A DNA stretch of 23,199 nt from Clostridia bacterium (GTDB taxonomy: Bacteria > Bacillota > Clostridia > TANB77 > CAG-465). Shown in pieces: positions 10,371-21,842 of this stretch. The DNA lies in assembly GCA_045536565.1 (NCBI GenBank), contig JAZSNU010000018.1:1-23199 (forward strand), in the 5' to 3' direction. The position numbers and the translations under genes are program-made. A model generated the notes under the pieces. It was not told the DNA's origin and ran no database searches. It was given only the letters and a program-made list of their open reading frames with translations. Position 1 is the first letter of the stretch; each line of letters opens with the position of its first letter.

Positions 10371-11915
10371 TTAATTTAATTTTACAAGTACATTACCTGT
10401 CATTTCCTGTGGTTTTTCTATTCCCATTAATTCAAGCATTGTAGGTGCAAGATCTGTAAGAGTTCCTGATTCTATACTTTTTACTCTTTTACTTATTGCT
10501 ATAACTGGTACTCTATTTGTAGTGTGAGATGTAACTGCCTCTCCTGTTTTTAAATCTACCATCTGCTCGCAATTACCATGATCTGCTGTGACTATTGCTT
10601 CCCCGCCTTTTTCTTCAAGTAATGTAATTACCCTTCCAAGACATTCGTCAACTGTTTCTACAGCCTCTACTGTTTTTTCCATATTTCCTGTATGACCTAC
10701 CATATCCCCATTTGCATAGTTCATAATAATAAGGTCATATTTTTCACTTTCTATTGCTTCTATTACTTTCTCTGTTACCTCATATGCTGACATTTCAGGT
10801 TTTTCATCATATGTTGGAACTTTTGGAGAAGGCACTAATATTCTATCTTCTAAATTATATGTTTTTTCTTCTCCACCATTAAAGAAAAATGTTACATGAG
10901 CATATTTTTCAGTTTCTGCAATTCTAAGTTGTGTTTTACCTTTTTTGCTTATATATTCACCTAATGTGTTTACAATTGGTTCTTTTTTATATGCAACCTT
11001 TACATTTTTTAATGTTTCATCATATTCAGTCATTGATATAAATTTAAGATTATTTAACTTTCCATTTCTTCTATCTAAACAATCAAACTTTTCTTCTGTC
11101 AAAGCTCTTGTTATTTCTCTTGCTCTATCTGGCCTAAAATTAAAGAATATACAACTATCATTATCCTTAATATTTCCTATACTATTTCCTTCTTCGTCAA
11201 CTATTACAATAGGTTTTACAAACTCATCAAATTCTTCTGCTTCATATGAATTTTCTATTGCTTTTTGTACTGCTCTAAATTTATTTCCTTCGCCATATAC
11301 CATCGCGTTATATGCAAGTGTTACTCTTTCCCATCTACAATCTCTATCCATAGCATAATATCTTCCTGATATTGTTGCAATTTTACCTATTCCTATTTTT
11401 TTAATTTTTTCTTCTAAATCTTTTAAATAATCCATTCCAGATGTTGGTGGTGTATCTCTACCATCCATAAATGCATGAATATATACATTTTTTATATCAT
11501 TTTTCTTAGCAAATTCTAGCAGCGCAAACAAATGATTTATATGGCTATGTACACCGCCATCTGACAAAAGACCCATTAAATGTAATGAACTATTATTATT
11601 TTTAACATGTTCTATTGCTTCTTTAAATGCTGCATTATTAAAGAATTTTCCTTCGTCTATTTCTTTTGAAATTAATGTTAAGTCTTGATATATAACTCTT
11701 CCTGCACCGATACTCATATGCCCAACTTCTGAATTTCCCATTTGTCCTACCGGAAGTCCAACTGCTAAACCTTTACATTCTAAACTAGCATTTGGGTATT
11801 CATTTATTAATCTATCTATATTTGGAGTTTTTGCCGTTTTAAACGCATTTCCTTCTATTTCATCAGACAGACCGACACCATCCATAATAATTAACATATG
11901 TTGTTTTTTACTCAT
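10371..11915 (-). CDS. gpmI: 2,3-BPG-independent phosphoglycerate mutase
   Basis: QMGNSEVGH, SDGGVHSH, GRYYAMDRD, AETEKYAHVT, DMVGHTG, TADHGN. Confidence 0.98.
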   Translation of the reverse strand: MSKKQHMLIIMDGVGLSDEIEGNAFKTAKTPNIDRLINEYPNASLECKGLAVGLPVGQMGNSEVGHMSIGAGRVIYQDLTLISKEIDEGKFFNNAAFKEAIEHVKNNNSSLHLMGLLSDGGVHSHINHLFALLEFAKKNDIKNVYIHAFMDGRDTPPTSGMDYLKDLEEKIKKIGIGKIATISGRYYAMDRDCRWERVTLAYNAMVYGEGNKFRAVQKAIENSYEAEEFDEFVKPIVIVDEEGNSIGNIKDNDSCIFFNFRPDRAREITRALTEEKFDCLDRRNGKLNNLKFISMTEYDETLKNVKVAYKKEPIVNTLGEYISKKGKTQLRIAETEKYAHVTFFFNGGEEKTYNLEDRILVPSPKVPTYDEKPEMSAYEVTEKVIEAIESEKYDLIIMNYANGDMVGHTGNMEKTVEAVETVDECLGRVITLLEEKGGEAIVTADHGNCEQMVDLKTGEAVTSHTTNRVPVIAISKRVKSIESGTLTDLAPTMLELMGIEKPQEMTGNVLVKLN

Positions 11916-11932
11916 AAACTTCTCCTATTCTT

Positions 11933-12685
11933 TTATACAATGCTTTTTATAATGTCTACAAATTCTGGTTTTAAACTTGCTCCCCCAATAAGAGCGCCAT
12001 CAATATTTGGCATTGTAAGTATTTCTTTTGCATTAGATATATTAACACTTCCGCCGTATTGTATTCTAACAGCCTCAGATATATCTGCATTATATATTTC
12101 ATCAATAATTGACCTTATGTATTTACACATTTCTTCTGCTTCATCTTTTGTAGCAGTTTTTCCTGTACCTATTGCCCAAATTGGTTCATACGCAATTATA
12201 CATGATTTAACAACTTTTCCTGAGATATCATTTAATGCTTGTACAACCTGTTTTTTTACAATTTCAAAATGTTCTTCTTTTTCCCTCTGCTCTAAACTTT
12301 CGCCTACGCATATAATCGGAGTTATATTATGTTTTATTAACTGTTTTATTTTTTTATTTACATCCTCATCTGTCTCTGAAAAATATTTTCTTCTTTCGCT
12401 ATGACCAACAATACAATAATCCATATTTATATCTTTAAGCATTTCAGCACTTATTTCACCAGTAAAAGCACCTGACTCTTCAAAATATACATTTTGTGCT
12501 CCTACTTTTATATTGCTAAATTTAAGTTTTTCTTTTACAGATTGTAAAACTAAATTAGTTGGACAAATTGCCATATCTACATTATCTATGCCATTTAAAT
12601 TTTGTATCAATACATCAGTAAATTCTAGCGATTTAGATAATGTATTATTCATCTTCCAATTTCCAATAATTACTTTTTTTCTCAA
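11933..12685 (-). CDS. tpiA: Triosephosphate isomerase
   Basis: GNWKMN, GHSERR, AYEPIWAIGTG, YGGSV, GGASL; TTG start. Confidence 0.98.
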   Translation of the reverse strand: MRKKVIIGNWKMNNTLSKSLEFTDVLIQNLNGIDNVDMAICPTNLVLQSVKEKLKFSNIKVGAQNVYFEESGAFTGEISAEMLKDINMDYCIVGHSERRKYFSETDEDVNKKIKQLIKHNITPIICVGESLEQREKEEHFEIVKKQVVQALNDISGKVVKSCIIAYEPIWAIGTGKTATKDEAEEMCKYIRSIIDEIYNADISEAVRIQYGGSVNISNAKEILTMPNIDGALIGGASLKPEFVDIIKSIV

Positions 12686-12700
12686 ATTATATCACTCTTT

Positions 12701-13180
12701 CTAATCAATAATGTGCACTACAACATCTTCATCATTAGCCCAACTAGGAACACTTGCTTTGTTTAAGAAATTAAATTTTACTGTACCTGTGCTATCTACA
12801 CTCCAAGTACCTACCCAAAAGGAAGGCACTTCAAGTCCAAGTAAATCCCACTTTTCTTTTTTCATTTCTTTATTTATATCTTGCAGCCTACTTTTCAAAG
12901 TTTTTTCATCTATTACATCGTTATTTAAAAGTGCCATAGAAACAGCATTTTGAATTTTAGATACATCGTCTAAAAATTTTTCTTTGTTTCCATCTTCCTC
13001 ATATACTTCTTTTAACTTTTCTGCATTTTTTTCTGTTCTATATCTTGATTTATTAACATCTGGACTAAACTCACCAGACTCTGGAACATATATAACCAAT
13101 ATAATAATAGCAACAAATATTATAACAATTAAAATATTTCTAACCATTATATTTATGTTTACTCTTTTTTTACCACTCAT
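12701..13180 (-). CDS. Hypothetical single-pass membrane protein inside the glycolytic operon
   Basis: 159 aa, basic N-terminus, one TM helix, then a soluble domain. 17 nt from pgk and 15 nt from tpiA; AAGGGG SD. Confidence 0.8.
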   Translation of the reverse strand: MSGKKRVNINIMVRNILIVIIFVAIIILVIYVPESGEFSPDVNKSRYRTEKNAEKLKEVYEEDGNKEKFLDDVSKIQNAVSMALLNNDVIDEKTLKSRLQDINKEMKKEKWDLLGLEVPSFWVGTWSVDSTGTVKFNFLNKASVPSWANDEDVVVHIID

Positions 13181-13197
13181 ATTTTTCCCCTTAATTC

Positions 13198-14379
13198 TTA
13201 CTTATCCTCTAATGCTACAATTCCTGGAAGTTCTTTTCCTTCCATAAATTCAAGCGATGCTCCGCCACCTGTTGACACATGATTCATTTTATCTTCTAAT
13301 CCTGCTTTTGCAACAGCGGCAGCACTATCTCCACCACCTATTATACTAATTGCATTAGAATTTGCAAGTGTTTCTGCAATGGCATTTGTTCCCTTAGCAA
13401 AATTATCAAATTCAAATACCCCAACAGGCCCATTCCATACTACTGTTCCTGCTTTTTCAATTATTTCTTTGCATTTTTCTATTGTTTTAGGTCCAATATC
13501 TACACCTTCATACTCATCTGGTATATTCATTGTATCTACTATCAACGAATTAGCATCATTTGAAAAAGCATCTGCTACTACTGAATCTATTGGTAATACA
13601 AACTCTACATTCTTTTCTTTTGCTTTTTGTAATATTTCCAGTGCTACATCTAGTTTATCATCTTCACATATTGATTTACCTATGTTTCCACCCATGGCTT
13701 TTATAAAGGTATATGTCATTCCTCCACCTATAATTACAGTATCAACCTTATCAAGAAGTGCGTTTATAACGGCAATTTTACTAGATACTTTTGAACCACC
13801 TAGTATTGCAACAAAAGGTCTTACTGGATTATTTATCCCTTTATCTAGTGCATCTAATTCTTTTTGAATTAAAAATCCACATACAGCTGGTAAATATTTT
13901 GTAACACCATATGTTGAGGCATGTGCTCTATGTGCTGTTCCAAACGCATCGTTTACATATACTTCTGCTAAACTTGCTAACTGTTTTGAAAACTCATCAT
14001 CACATTTTTCTTCTTGTTCAAACATTCTAACATTTTCTAAAAGAACAACATCAGAATCATTCATTTTATCAATTTCTGCTTTTACATTATCTCCTATTAC
14101 CTCTTTAAGAAGTTTTACTTCTTTTCCAAGAAGTTTAGTTAATCTTTCTGCAACAGGTTTTAAACTTAATTTTTCTTTTGTCTTACCAATGTGAGAACAA
14201 AGTATAACCTTAGCACCTTGATTTGCAAGATAATTTATAGTTTTCATTGATTCTATTATTCTCTTATCATTTGTGATTTGAGTTTTTGTTTCAATATCCA
14301 GTGGCACATTAAAATCACATCTAACCAATACTTTTTTACCTTTTACATCTATATCTTCTACGCTTTTTTTATCTAGCAT
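13198..14379 (-). CDS. pgk: Phosphoglycerate kinase
   Basis: [47 protein letters not shown]. Confidence 0.99.
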   Translation of the reverse strand: MLDKKSVEDIDVKGKKVLVRCDFNVPLDIETKTQITNDKRIIESMKTINYLANQGAKVILCSHIGKTKEKLSLKPVAERLTKLLGKEVKLLKEVIGDNVKAEIDKMNDSDVVLLENVRMFEQEEKCDDEFSKQLASLAEVYVNDAFGTAHRAHASTYGVTKYLPAVCGFLIQKELDALDKGINNPVRPFVAILGGSKVSSKIAVINALLDKVDTVIIGGGMTYTFIKAMGGNIGKSICEDDKLDVALEILQKAKEKNVEFVLPIDSVVADAFSNDANSLIVDTMNIPDEYEGVDIGPKTIEKCKEIIEKAGTVVWNGPVGVFEFDNFAKGTNAIAETLANSNAISIIGGGDSAAAVAKAGLEDKMNHVSTGGGASLEFMEGKELPGIVALEDK

Positions 14380-14402
14380 ATATATCCTCCTATTTAAACC
14401 AT

Positions 14403-14430
14403 TTTAGGCTCTATTTACACAGAGCCTAAA
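14403..14430. other. Stem-loop between gap and pgk
   Basis: Perfect 10-bp inverted repeat TTTAGGCTCT / AGAGCCTAAA with an 8-nt loop; no U-tract follows on the coding strand. Confidence 0.7.
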
Positions 14431-14442
14431 CATATATACAAA

Positions 14443-15456
<1,014 letters not shown>

Positions 15457-15555
15457 TTACCTCCTAAATTTATACTTGTATTTTACACCACAAGCATATC
15501 TTTTGCAATATATTATGGCTATTTTTAGCAAAAATATAACAAAAGGGAAATAAGC

Positions 15556-15590
15556 AAAAAAAGAGACAGGAATTTATTAATTCCTGCTCT
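15556..15590 (-). terminator. Intrinsic terminator after the SLH gene
   Basis: AGAGCAGGAATT-AATA-AATTCCTGTCTCT followed by a T run. Confidence 0.85.
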
Positions 15591-15600
15591 AATTGAGATT

Positions 15601-17358
15601 TTATTCACCACTGTTTATAAATACAATCACTTCATTAGATGATGCTGAAATATTACCTGCTGTATCTTCTGCTACACCTGCACCAATGCAAAGTGCCATT
15701 GAAGAAACTTCTACACCCATAAGTCTAATTTCATAGGTATCGTCAGATATTTTTGAAATTTTATTTATAGATGCTCCACCTGTAAGACCAAGTATATCTT
15801 TTTCGGTGATTGTAAAGTTTTTAATATTGTCTTCATTAACCTTCACAGTTAATGTTGCAATTTTTCCAATATCAATACTGTCAGCTCCTGTAAGTTCAAC
15901 CATAGGTGCAACTGTATCACTAGGAACTATTACTTCTTCTGCCTTTACAGTTACTTCGATTGTTGCAATAACTCCACTACCATCTTTTGCTGTACATGTT
16001 ACTGTTGTATTTCCTACACCTACTGCTGTAATATTACCATTCTGATCTACTGTTGCTACATTTGGATTATGACTTTCCCAAATAACGCCTTTGTTAGTTG
16101 CATTTGTTGGATAGATTGTTGCTGTAATAGATTTACTTTCACCTACTGATAAATTAACAGATGTTGGATTCAGTTTAATTGAAGATACATAAGTTGTCTT
16201 TTCTTCTTCGACTTCATCTTCATCGGAAATTACAACTGTAAATTCAACATAAATATCTTCATCATTTGCAACACTTGCTGTAACAGTAATTCTGCCTTCT
16301 CTCTTTGCTTTAAATTCACCCGTGGCATATTTACCGTCTACTTCATCATCAAGATATTCAAGATATGAATTTTTATTTGATTTCCAATTAATTGAATTTT
16401 TGTTAAGTTCTACATCAGAAGGTGATGCTTTAACTTTAAGTTCAACTCTATCTCCAATATTTGCATATACTGTCTTTGCTCCATATACACTAATATCGTC
16501 AATTCCAAAGCTATAACCTTCAAAGTCAATATCCATTGCATTTGTAATACCATATATGATATCTTCTACCTCTAATGAATATCCTCTACCCTGAGCTTCT
16601 AAGCGTTCAGCAAGTCTAAGCATTATAGCTATGAATTCTTCTACTGTAAGTTTATCCCCAGGTGCAAAATGAGTATTTGATTTACCATACATTAATCCTA
16701 ATGCATGACACTTAGATGCATATTCTGCACACCATGCATATTCACCAACAGTGTCTTCAAATTTATGGTTTACATTCGTGTAGTTTGCAACTAATCCATT
16801 TTGTGATGCTACCATATCAACGACTTTTGCCGCTTCTGCTCTATTAATATAGTCTGTAAGTCTTACTGTTCTCATACCAGAAGAATCGGGTAAATCACCA
16901 ATCATAATGCCGCGCTGATAAAGGCCACCCGCTATACCATATCTAGAAGCATCCCAAGTAAGATCTTTAAATGGTGCTCCATAGCTATTTGAAAATTGTC
17001 TTCCGTTATCTGCATACATTTTTTCCATTGATAACCCAGAAACTAAAAAAACATAACTTCTAAGAATTGGCATTGTAAGACGAGTATGAGAATCCATACC
17101 ATACTGCTCTACATATGACTGTTCAAACCAAGGACTACCTTGATATGTTTCTGTGCCATATGAACTTCTAATACCTGTTACAGCATCCATCACATAGGTG
17201 TTGTTATAACCATAACCATTGTAATAACCATTGTTGTAACCATAACCATTATTGTAATAGCCATAAGCCATTGTTGGATCAACATTATACGCAAAAGCTG
17301 ATACCGATGTTGCAAGTAACATAACTGCTACCAATAAAACTGCCATTAATTTTTTCAT
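15601..17358 (-). CDS. Secreted cell-surface protein with SLH and Ig-like (Big_2-type) domains
   Basis: Signal peptide MKKLMAVLL...AFA; SLH repeats (FKDL...GIMIG...INRAEAA; FEDT...GLMYG...FAPGDKLTVEE); Big_2-like repeat (PTNATNKGVIWES...VATVDQNGNITAVG); C-terminal Ig-like DTVAP...EDTAGN. Start moved to ATG at 17358 (AAGGAG SD). Confidence 0.88.
   Translation of the reverse strand: MKKLMAVLLVAVMLLATSVSAFAYNVDPTMAYGYYNNGYGYNNGYYNGYGYNNTYVMDAVTGIRSSYGTETYQGSPWFEQSYVEQYGMDSHTRLTMPILRSYVFLVSGLSMEKMYADNGRQFSNSYGAPFKDLTWDASRYGIAGGLYQRGIMIGDLPDSSGMRTVRLTDYINRAEAAKVVDMVASQNGLVANYTNVNHKFEDTVGEYAWCAEYASKCHALGLMYGKSNTHFAPGDKLTVEEFIAIMLRLAERLEAQGRGYSLEVEDIIYGITNAMDIDFEGYSFGIDDISVYGAKTVYANIGDRVELKVKASPSDVELNKNSINWKSNKNSYLEYLDDEVDGKYATGEFKAKREGRITVTASVANDEDIYVEFTVVISDEDEVEEEKTTYVSSIKLNPTSVNLSVGESKSITATIYPTNATNKGVIWESHNPNVATVDQNGNITAVGVGNTTVTCTAKDGSGVIATIEVTVKAEEVIVPSDTVAPMVELTGADSIDIGKIATLTVKVNEDNIKNFTITEKDILGLTGGASINKISKISDDTYEIRLMGVEVSSMALCIGAGVAEDTAGNISASSNEVIVFINSGE
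17194..17265 (-). repeat. Imperfect tandem coding repeat (Y/N/G-rich)
   Basis: Encodes YGYYNNGYGYNNGYYNGYGYNNTY; TAACCATAACCATT occurs twice in the DNA. Confidence 0.85.
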
Positions 17359-17499
17359 AAAGAAATCTCCTTCCGCCTTCACATTTCTGTGCGAGGACTT
17401 TAAATATTTTTTATAATTATATATATATTAAACGGGACGAACCCTATTATTTTCTTTTTGTATTTAGTTTAATACAAATCAAATATTATTGATATTAAC

Positions 17500-17528
17500 A
17501 TTATACCACACTTTACATAAAAAATCAA
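17500..17528 (-). promoter_or_regulatory. sigmaA promoter of the SLH gene
   Basis: TTGATT-N17-TATAAT with extended -10 TG. Confidence 0.7.
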
Positions 17529-17575
17529 GTTTTATGTATACTTGCGTTTGTATTCATATTATAGTTTAAAACATA

Positions 17576-17616
17576 AAAAAGTAAGGCTATGTTTTTTAAC
17601 ACAACCTCACTTTTTT
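17576..17616 (-). terminator. Terminator after the thermonuclease gene
   Basis: AAGTGAGGTTGTGTT / AACATAGCCTTACTT stem with G-U pairs, followed by a T run. Confidence 0.75.
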
Positions 17617-18196
17617 ATTTCCACATTCCTACTTTATCTTCTCTTGCTTTTTCCTGTAATTTAGTAAATTCATCTACATACTTTACATTAGGTGGATATG
17701 TTGCAAGTTTTGCATATCCTAACTCTAATAGTTCTTTGTTATACATGTTCCCATCTATATATGCATACGCAAGTATTCTTCCATATTTATCCCTATGCTG
17801 TACATCTAGTTCTATTTTTACCATTTTCCCTTCTAATCTTTCTTTTGTATAATTAGAAGTTTTTATTCCTTCTTCTGTATTTTTTTCTTCACTTGGATGA
17901 ACACTTTCTGGTGTATCTATTCCGATAAGTCTTACTCTTTCTTCTTTTCCGTTATAATCTATAATAAAGGTATCGCCATCTACTACTCTTACCACTTTAT
18001 ATTCGTCTAAACTAGAAATATCTACTACGCTATTATTGCTATCTTCTTTTTTACTTTCTATTTTTAAATCAATATCATAGTTTTCTTTTATATATTTTGC
18101 TACATCTTCATTCTGTGTTAAAAGTGCTATCACAATTAATATTACTACAACAGCACTTGATATTATCTTTTTATTTTTATTATTTAATATTTTCAT
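17615..18196 (-). CDS. Thermonuclease (SNase-family), membrane-anchored or secreted
   Basis: VVDGDTF, RVRLIGIDTPE, DKYGRILAY, GYA and KVGMW motifs; N-terminal TM; GAGGTG SD. Confidence 0.93.
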   Translation of the reverse strand: MKILNNKNKKIISSAVVVILIVIALLTQNEDVAKYIKENYDIDLKIESKKEDSNNSVVDISSLDEYKVVRVVDGDTFIIDYNGKEERVRLIGIDTPESVHPSEEKNTEEGIKTSNYTKERLEGKMVKIELDVQHRDKYGRILAYAYIDGNMYNKELLELGYAKLATYPPNVKYVDEFTKLQEKAREDKVGMWK

Positions 18197-18206
18197 ACAT
18201 ACACCT

Positions 18207-18240
18207 CAAAAAAATAAAACCCCTAAAAAATTTAGGAGTT
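18207..18240 (-). terminator. Terminator after tRNA-Leu
   Basis: AACTCCTAAA / TTTAGGGGTT stem followed by TTATTTTTT. Confidence 0.75.
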
Positions 18241-18245
18241 AAGTT

Positions 18246-18330
18246 TGGTGCGGGTGAAAGGACTTGAACCTTCACACCGGTTGGTACCAGATTCTAAGTC
18301 TGGCGCGTCTGCCAATTCCGCCACACCCGC
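18246..18330 (-). tRNA. tRNA-Leu (anticodon TAG), CCA encoded
   Basis: GCGGGTG/CACCCGC acceptor stem, D-arm GGCGGAATTGGCAGACGC, anticodon arm CCAGA-CTTAGAA-TCTGG, long variable arm, T-loop TTCAAGT, ACCA end. Confidence 0.97.
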
Positions 18331-18342
18331 GACCGTGTTAAT

Positions 18343-18371
18343 ATAATACCACATGTTTTTTTGTTTGTCAA
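18343..18371 (-). promoter_or_regulatory. sigmaA promoter of tRNA-Leu
   Basis: TTGACA-N17-TATTAT with extended -10 TG. Confidence 0.75.
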
Positions 18372-18420
18372 TTGATATTTATAAAAAAATATTTTTTATT
18401 ACAAACTTTTAAAATGATAT

Positions 18421-18745
18421 ATAAGCATTTCATAAGCCGGGTTCTGTATTAGATGATCATTAATCTTGAATGTATATCACTATACATTTCTTTGCCACCA
18501 ATTCAAAAGACGCCAAGGCGGCTTAACCTTTTATTCTGGTGTTGCACCAGGTGGAGTTTACACCAAAGATATGTCACCATATCAGTTAGTAGGCTCTTAC
18601 CCTACTTTTTCACCCTTACCACTTCCGTGGCGGTTATTTTCTGTTGCACTTTTCTTAGAATCACTTCCACTAGATGTTATCTAGCACCCTGCCTTGTGGT
18701 GCCCGGACTTTCCTCACATTTCGCGCGATCATCAGAAATACTTAC
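18421..18745 (-). ncRNA. rnpB: RNase P RNA (bacterial type A)
   Basis: Conserved GAGGAAAGTCCGGGC and ACAGAACCCGGCTTA (P4), AGTGCAACAGAAA, AGGGTGAAA; P1 formed by GTAAGTATTTC / GAAATGCTTAT; P6-like CAAGG/CCTTG pairing. Confidence 0.96.
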
Positions 18746-18751
18746 AAATAT

Positions 18752-18780
18752 ATTATACCATATTGTTATATCATTGTCTA
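18752..18780 (-). promoter_or_regulatory. sigmaA promoter of rnpB
   Basis: TAGACA-N17-TATAAT with extended -10; predicted start coincides with the 5' end of P1. Confidence 0.8.
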
Positions 18781-18781
18781 G

Positions 18782-18833
18782 AAAAACTCCCCTTAATAAA
18801 GACTAATTAATAGTTTTTCATTAAGGGGAGTTT
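18782..18833 (-). terminator. Long hairpin terminator after the SCIFF gene
   Basis: Perfect 14-bp inverted repeat AAACTCCCCTTAAT (18784-18797) / ATTAAGGGGAGTTT (18820-18833) plus an inner stem; T run at the end. Confidence 0.8.
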
Positions 18834-18853
18834 CTGGTCACTTTTCTTACATT

Positions 18854-19009
18854 TCACTTATCAGAATGTACATTTTCGCATTTTTGATTTGCTACACCGC
18901 ATGATGTTTTACAAGCACTCTGACAAGAAGTCTGACATTCACCGCAACCGCCTGTTTTTGCATTTTTTTGCTTACAAAAGCCAGCAAAAGCAATAACAAT
19001 TCTTTTCAT
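18854..19009 (-). CDS. scfA: SCIFF (six-cysteine) ranthipeptide precursor, 51 aa
   Basis: Not in the ORF track. Manual translation MKRIVIAFAGFCKQKNAKTGGCGECQTSCQSACKTSCGVANQKCENVHSDK carries the hallmark GGCGECQTSCQSACKTSC core; AAAGGAG SD. Confidence 0.95.
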   Translation of the reverse strand: MKRIVIAFAGFCKQKNAKTGGCGECQTSCQSACKTSCGVANQKCENVHSDK

Positions 19010-19060
19010 AACGCACTTCTCCTTTCATAATAATGATTTAGGCAACCTGATTTCAAGTGC

Positions 19061-19089
19061 ATTATATCATTTAAAATAATTAAAATCAA
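19061..19089 (-). promoter_or_regulatory. sigmaA promoter of scfA
   Basis: TTGATT-N17-TATAAT with extended -10 TG, directly after the ligA stop. Confidence 0.7.
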
Positions 19090-21791
<2,702 letters not shown>

Positions 21792-21842
21792 AAATCTCTC
21801 TCCTTTTATACTTTGTTTCAAATATCTAATATGTAATGAAAT

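Noticed and set aside
15525-15542. Rex operator upstream of gap
   Set aside because: TTGTTATATTTTTGCTAA matches only 10 of 14 positions of TTGTTAA-N4-TTAACAA in AT-rich DNA.
15601-18246. Genomic island integrated at the tRNA-Leu 3' end (nuclease plus SLH gene)
   Set aside because: No integrase and no duplicated tRNA 3' end found by eye; the tRNA is followed directly by its terminator.
18453-18806. Two plus-strand ORFs (117 and 72 aa)
   Set aside because: They are antisense to the RNase P RNA gene, which explains the sequence.
18974-19009. Lipoprotein signal peptide in the SCIFF leader
   Set aside because: AGFC does not fit the lipobox [LVI][ASTVI][GAS]C, and 11 residues before the Cys is too short.
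19013-19060. GCACTT/AAGTGC inverted repeat as an RBS-sequestering stem for scfA
   Set aside because: The upstream arm lies between the -10 box and the predicted start site, so it is probably not transcribed; it is also only 6 bp.
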